Shown piece after piece: positions 58,992 to 64,000 of a stretch of 64,000 nucleotides of DNA. How positions within the stretch are numbered: position 1 is the stretch's first letter; the number at the start of each line of letters is the position of its first letter. The translations under genes were made by a program, and so were the position numbers. Under the pieces are notes generated by a model. That model saw only the letters and a program-made list of their open reading frames with translations. It ran no database searches and was not told where the DNA came from. The stretch comes from a virus. The stretch lies in IMG/VR virus record IMGVR_UViG_3300024999_000053, positions 53,964-117,963 of that record, one strand, 5' to 3'.

Positions 58992-59939
58992 CTATTTTTG
59001 TTGTTGAAAAGGATTAAAGGTAACTGGAGGAGTTGTAGTTCCTTGAACAAAAGGATTTCCAACTGGTGTATTTGTGGAGGGTTTAGCTACTTTAGCAGGT
59101 TCGTTTTTGATTTTATCAAGTTTAAGTTTACGTTTAGTCAATGCTTGACTATATTCAGTTTCATCTATTTCATGTTCTGGAGGAGTACCCATTGGATTTC
59201 CACCAGTAACTTCCTTGCGACTAATAGTATTTGTAACTAATCTAACATTGTCAGCACCAAATGCCATTTTTTCAACAATTTCAACAGTTTCTTTGGTGTT
59301 TACAAGTTTTCCGACCAGTTTAGCGAAGCCACCTTCAAAGAATCCAATTGATATGAAGGGTTCAGCTATTGCTTTTGGTACAATAGTCACCACTGGGATG
59401 ATAGCACCTTGATAACCAAGCACATTCATTGTTACTTTTTTATTTCCAGATAATTCACCTTTGAATGATTCATCCTCAATCTTAGTAATAATTCCTGTAA
59501 TCTCAAACTTTGATTCCAAGGGAGTTTTTTCTAAGTCTTTAGCTTCAATTCTATTAGCAAAATTCCCCTTTACTCCTGAGTATGTTTTTACTTCGCCATC
59601 TTTACCTTTGTAGTCTTGAACATTGAATTGACCAGATCCAATTTTAATATTATCTGCTTCATTTGGAAATTGCTCTAATGCTTTATATTCGTTCATTACT
59701 GTTTCTAAACCTTTAAAGATTAAATTCTCACCAGAACCATCTTTTTTTACTTTTTTAGAGAAATAAGATACTTCAATTTCACTACCATCTGAAGTTCTTA
59801 CAACAAGATCACCACTAATAGCTTGTTCCTTTCCAATTACATTACCATCTTGATCTTTTTTGTCTACTTCTTTAATTGTCAAGTCTTTTTTAACGAGAAC
59901 TCCAGCGATAAACACATTATTCATTGTTTCTTTTAACAT
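58992..59939 (-). CDS. Putative ssDNA-binding protein (YorF-like)
   Basis: N.V.I.G.L tandem OB-like strands, flexible tail ending NPF; first gene of replisome operon. Confidence 0.6.
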   Translation of the reverse strand: MLKETMNNVFIAGVLVKKDLTIKEVDKKDQDGNVIGKEQAISGDLVVRTSDGSEIEVSYFSKKVKKDGSGENLIFKGLETVMNEYKALEQFPNEADNIKIGSGQFNVQDYKGKDGEVKTYSGVKGNFANRIEAKDLEKTPLESKFEITGIITKIEDESFKGELSGNKKVTMNVLGYQGAIIPVVTIVPKAIAEPFISIGFFEGGFAKLVGKLVNTKETVEIVEKMAFGADNVRLVTNTISRKEVTGGNPMGTPPEHEIDETEYSQALTKRKLKLDKIKNEPAKVAKPSTNTPVGNPFVQGTTTPPVTFNPFQQQK

Positions 59940-60116
59940 ATGTATTAATTCCTTCTTTCAATTATTATTTGTTTTATTATTTAATGCACATGATCTATTA
60001 AAATATATTGAAAGAAGGTGGCCCACAAATTCTTTTTACAGGAACCCTACACTTGCCTTTGTTTTTCAACCAATCAATCCTCTCTATAAAATATTATTTA
60101 ATTATTAACCACTATA

Positions 60117-60145
60117 ATTATAACATAATCAAATCTCCATGTCAA
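60117..60145 (-). promoter_or_regulatory. Consensus sigmaA promoter of the replisome operon
   Basis: TTGACA-17-TATAAT with TG. Confidence 0.85.
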
Positions 60146-60355
60146 CAAATTTTATTTCTTACTTCTAACAAAACTAAACCACATAAAATTCCACTTTCAT
60201 TGGATAGAATATATAACATAATTATTTATACATATTTTATGACCACAAACCCTTATATAGCAACGGTTACAGGGTTATTTTTAGTAATTTTGCTTAAAAT
60301 TAAAGTTTATAGTCATTTTAGACATAATCCAATAAAATGAAAATTTCTTGAGGGT

Positions 60356-63300
60356 CTAATAATTGCTGATATTTTTGATTTTTGAAGATAATTCTCTCAC
60401 AAAATCATTAATATCCATTTTTGAATCAATGGTAATATTAATTGTAATATTTTGTACAGTGTTTTCAACCTTTGATTCTTCTTCTACATCTTCTTTCTCA
60501 ATCTCTTCAACCCAATCCCATTCTTTAGGTTCTCTATTACATAACACTTGTGATAAAACTTCTACACAGCTTTCATATTGTTTAATAGCCATAATATCAT
60601 AATTGCTATCATCACAATGTTCTAAGTCGTCACATATGTCATTGAAAAATACTGTTCCTTCAGTATACCCTGCATTAATATCTTCTACATCGTAAAAAAC
60701 TAAGTCGTTTTCATGATCGGGTAATAATGCATAAATTTTTTCATCTCTCATTTTAAACAACATTGAACTATTTAATTCTGATTTTTTCATTTTATCCATC
60801 CTTCCCTTCAATTTCATCTATAGTATCCAAACATCTTCCACTTAGATTCATAATTTTTGCATTTTGTTCTTTTGATAATCCATTATCTTTAACACCTGAC
60901 ACTAAATAATTCAAATGATTGGTAATTTCACTTAATTCAAATACACTTAGCATTTACTCTAACTCCTCTCCACTACCACAAACAAATCTCCACAATCTAT
61001 CTTATGCAACCAATATAATTCATCGCTATCTAAATTAACTTGAATGCGATAATGCAATGAAGTTTCTTCCATAATAACTCTATAAGTATCTTTTTTAAAT
61101 GATTTAAAATCTTTAATGAATCTCACTTTTCTTATGATTGTCACCTCCTTAATTATTTACCGATCTTATGTATTTGAAGTGCATTATATTTTTCAGAATA
61201 CACATTCTTAACTTTTTCTGGTATTAGTTTATCATTAAACATTTCCTTGCAAAATTTATTTAATTTTTCATAATCTTCCATAAAGATTTTCAAGTTTTTT
61301 ATAAAGTCTTCGTCCATGATTCACCTCCTTAAATGAAATAACTGTTTTAAATTATTTTATTAAAGATTCGATAGTTCTCTCTAACCCTAATTCTTGTCTA
61401 CAATAATGTAAGAAATCTTTACTATTCATTAAACTTTGAAGTTCATTTAATGAGTAATTTTTAGTAGATGAATAACATACCACTTCTTTTGTAATATTTC
61501 TTCCTTCTGATTGCCAAAGACTTAATTCACAATTATCAACCATATGCCTACTATTAAATAATTCGATTGCTTCTTCCTTAGATTCTGCAAATATTGGAGT
61601 AATCCATCTATATGAATAATCTTTTCCTTTGAATCTATATTTAAACAAATATAATTTATATAGGTCATATGTGAACTTAACTGCAATAGTATAGACTTTC
61701 CCCATAATTCACCTCTTTTCATCCCTAAAACTAAACTTTCCTTGGATTAGTGTACTTCAGTTCCAAATTCACAAACACACTCATAATTTCCTTGTGTTGT
61801 ATTATCGATATGTATTGGAACTAATGAGTTTTCAAGATTATAAATATCTCCATCTTTAACTTCTTTCCCATTGACTGTTTTTAAAGGAAGTTTATCAACT
61901 GTATATTTTAAATATAATGCTTTCCCAACTTTACCATGATTATCTTTATTCAAATTTTCACCATCTTTATAATCTATTCCTCAATAATCTCAACATCATC
62001 TTCATACATCCATAACCACTCACCCTTGCTATCTTGAACAAATACATCAAGATCGTCCCATAATGTCTGTGATTCTTCCTCACCAGTTAAAACATTTGCC
62101 CATTTTACCTTTTCTTCTGATGACATATTTTTAAAATATTTTGCTTCGATTAATGATCCGACAGGAATATCTTCGATAAAATCATTGGTTAGAATTTTAA
62201 CTTTCACTTTCTTCGCCTCGATTCATTATTTATTTCACATAACCCAACCACATATTAATTATAACATATCGAACTACGTGTGTCAAATATTTTATTTTTA
62301 TATTTAATAAAATTATTCATCTTTCTAATCCCATGAAAATATCCTTTCAAGTTATCGATATGTAACTCCTTTATATTCTTTCATATCGCTATTTAATTTA
62401 ACTTCTTCTTTTAATGAATATTCAATATCCAAATGTTGCAAAGCACTCGTAAACCCATCCATAAAATCGTCAGGATTCCCATGAATGTTATCATTCCAGT
62501 ATATGATATATTTTTGATCTTCATCAATTAGAGCAGTTTGTGCGTAATCTCCGAATTGAGCATCACTAAATCTTACATCGTTAATTGACGTACACTCACC
62601 TTCATTGATTAATTCATCTAATGTTTCTTGATCAATAACTGCTACTTGAGTTAGATTTAACATTGCTTATTCTCTCCTTTCAAATGAATGTTCTTTGAGT
62701 TATTTATTTTCAATTTTTGCATATGCATTTATACATCTTTTACAAGTCACATTCTTATCTTGAATATCCTGAACATCTTTACCAACATATTGTAGACATA
62801 AACTCATATTGGATTTTAGATATGCGATATGTATGACTCCACCTTTTGTTGCTTGAGCCTTCTTTAAGTCCATATTTATTCTCTTTTCTTTAAAATTTAT
62901 TAGATTTTACTCTTCCATTTTTGATAAGCTTTCTCACATAATATAAATAACATATTATCTCCTAGACAATCGTACCACATTTTATAACATTTCATAATCT
63001 CTTGAGCGTCACTGTCACCATCATTGGCTAATTTACCTATATATAGACCATCTTTTTTTAATGCGTTAACCAATTCTTCTTTTCCTAAAATCATCTGAAA
63101 CTTCCTTTCTCTCTATTTATTGAAGTTTATACCCGAAGTTCTCCAAAGTTTCATCATCCATAATTGAATAAAAAATATCATTAAAGGTACCATTAGAAGC
63201 TATATCTCTTTTACAAATACATAAATATTTGGCTTCATGTATTATGAAATTTGGCTTTAATATACTAAATATAAATAACCATTCATTACTGATTGCCTTT

Positions 63301-63660
63301 TGGCCATCCAAATAAAAACTATCTCCAATTTTATATTTCATGATTAACTCCCTCTTTTTATAAATATCATAAAACGAATATTTAACTTAATAATTTACCA
63401 CAATCTTTACATGCAATCCAACCATAAGGATGAGTTGATTCAGTATGTAAATGATGACAACCAGTATCCTCTTTTCTACATTCACATTTATCAGATAATT
63501 GTTTAACCTTATCAAGAAACCATTTTTGAAAATCTACTGCATTACCTTCAAAATTCATGTCTGAACTGATTCCTTTTCCACAATACATACAATCATATAT
63601 AACTGCCATTGTATAGTTCACTTTCCTCTCTAGTAAATCTAACATTTTAAGATATTCCAT
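60356..63660 (-). CDS. Array of small hypothetical early genes (60356-60817, 60959-61144, 61352-61705, 61747-61953, 61974-62207, 62352-62663, 62900-63094, 63117-63341, 63382-63660 and shorter ones)
   Basis: Co-oriented ORFs with strong RBS, several bounded by AAA-N7-TTT sites. Confidence 0.6.
62258..62286 (-). promoter_or_regulatory. Consensus sigmaA promoter
   Basis: TTGACA-17-TATAAT with TG. Confidence 0.85.
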
Positions 63661-64000
63661 ACGCCAATAACTTATCTCTCAAATCCTGAATTTTATTAAA
63701 CATAGCAAGAACTAAATTGTCTCCTGTTAAGTCCCTCTACTCTGTCCCATATCGTAAAGCATGGAAATTAAATTCACCATAAGATTGGTCTAAGATAACT
63801 TCATATTTTCCACTGTCTAGGATTACTGATTCTTTCATAGTTATTCGCCTTCCTTTTGTAATTCTTGTAAACTCCTATGATAATCAATCCATTCCTGACT
63901 TTCAAGTTTCTTTTTTACTACAATGTCAAAATACTCTTTTCGCATATCTTGTAACGTAAATTTCTCCAACCCTTTCTTTTTTAAACTCTTATTTACTAAT

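Larger units (their letters stand above)
1..64000. mobile_element. Large SPbeta-like temperate phage / phage-plasmid genome segment
   Basis: Lysis genes, antirepressor, homing endonucleases, phage nucleotide metabolism, yorF-yorL-like replisome order, plus ParM/ParR and plasmid-type Rep; no host housekeeping operons. Confidence 0.9.

Noticed and set aside
62270-62286. LexA box in the 62258-62286 promoter
   Set aside because: Only the CGAAC half-site is present; the GTTCG half is absent

Overview
Very AT-rich 64 kb segment of a large SPbeta-like temperate phage, most likely a phage-plasmid of an anaerobic spore-forming Bacillota host (inferred from the class III RNR, sigmaA/sigmaH-type promoters and SpoIIIA-like proteins). 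No rRNA, tRNA, CRISPR array, integrase or virion structural genes were recognised. Layout: (1-19.8 kb, +) disrupted SF2 helicase, lysis cassette, BRO-N antirepressor, primase-like protein, several free-standing homing endonucleases and small genes. (19.9-25.8 kb, -) DGQHR/DndB-like protein and a module of FtsK/SpoIIIE ATPase, Replic_Relax nuclease, SpoIIIAC-like membrane protein and membrane-anchored M23 peptidase. (26.2-29.2 kb, +) ParM/ParR partition pair and a plasmid-type Rep with an antisense-RNA control leader. (29.2-64 kb, -) nucleotide metabolism (gmk, thyX, dCMP deaminase, dut, nrdD/G/H), intein-containing RecD2, an SPbeta yorF-yorL-like replisome and arrays of small genes. The top candidates for undescribed biology are three. 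(a) The sporulation-protein-like DNA translocation module. (b) Quasi-palindromic AAA-N7-TTT sites at gene boundaries, two of which share a conserved 55-bp arm, suggesting an integron-like cassette system. (c) A family of three-way-junction leader RNAs whose second loop co-varies with the downstream ribosome-binding site. All family assignments are by eye from motifs, not from database searches.
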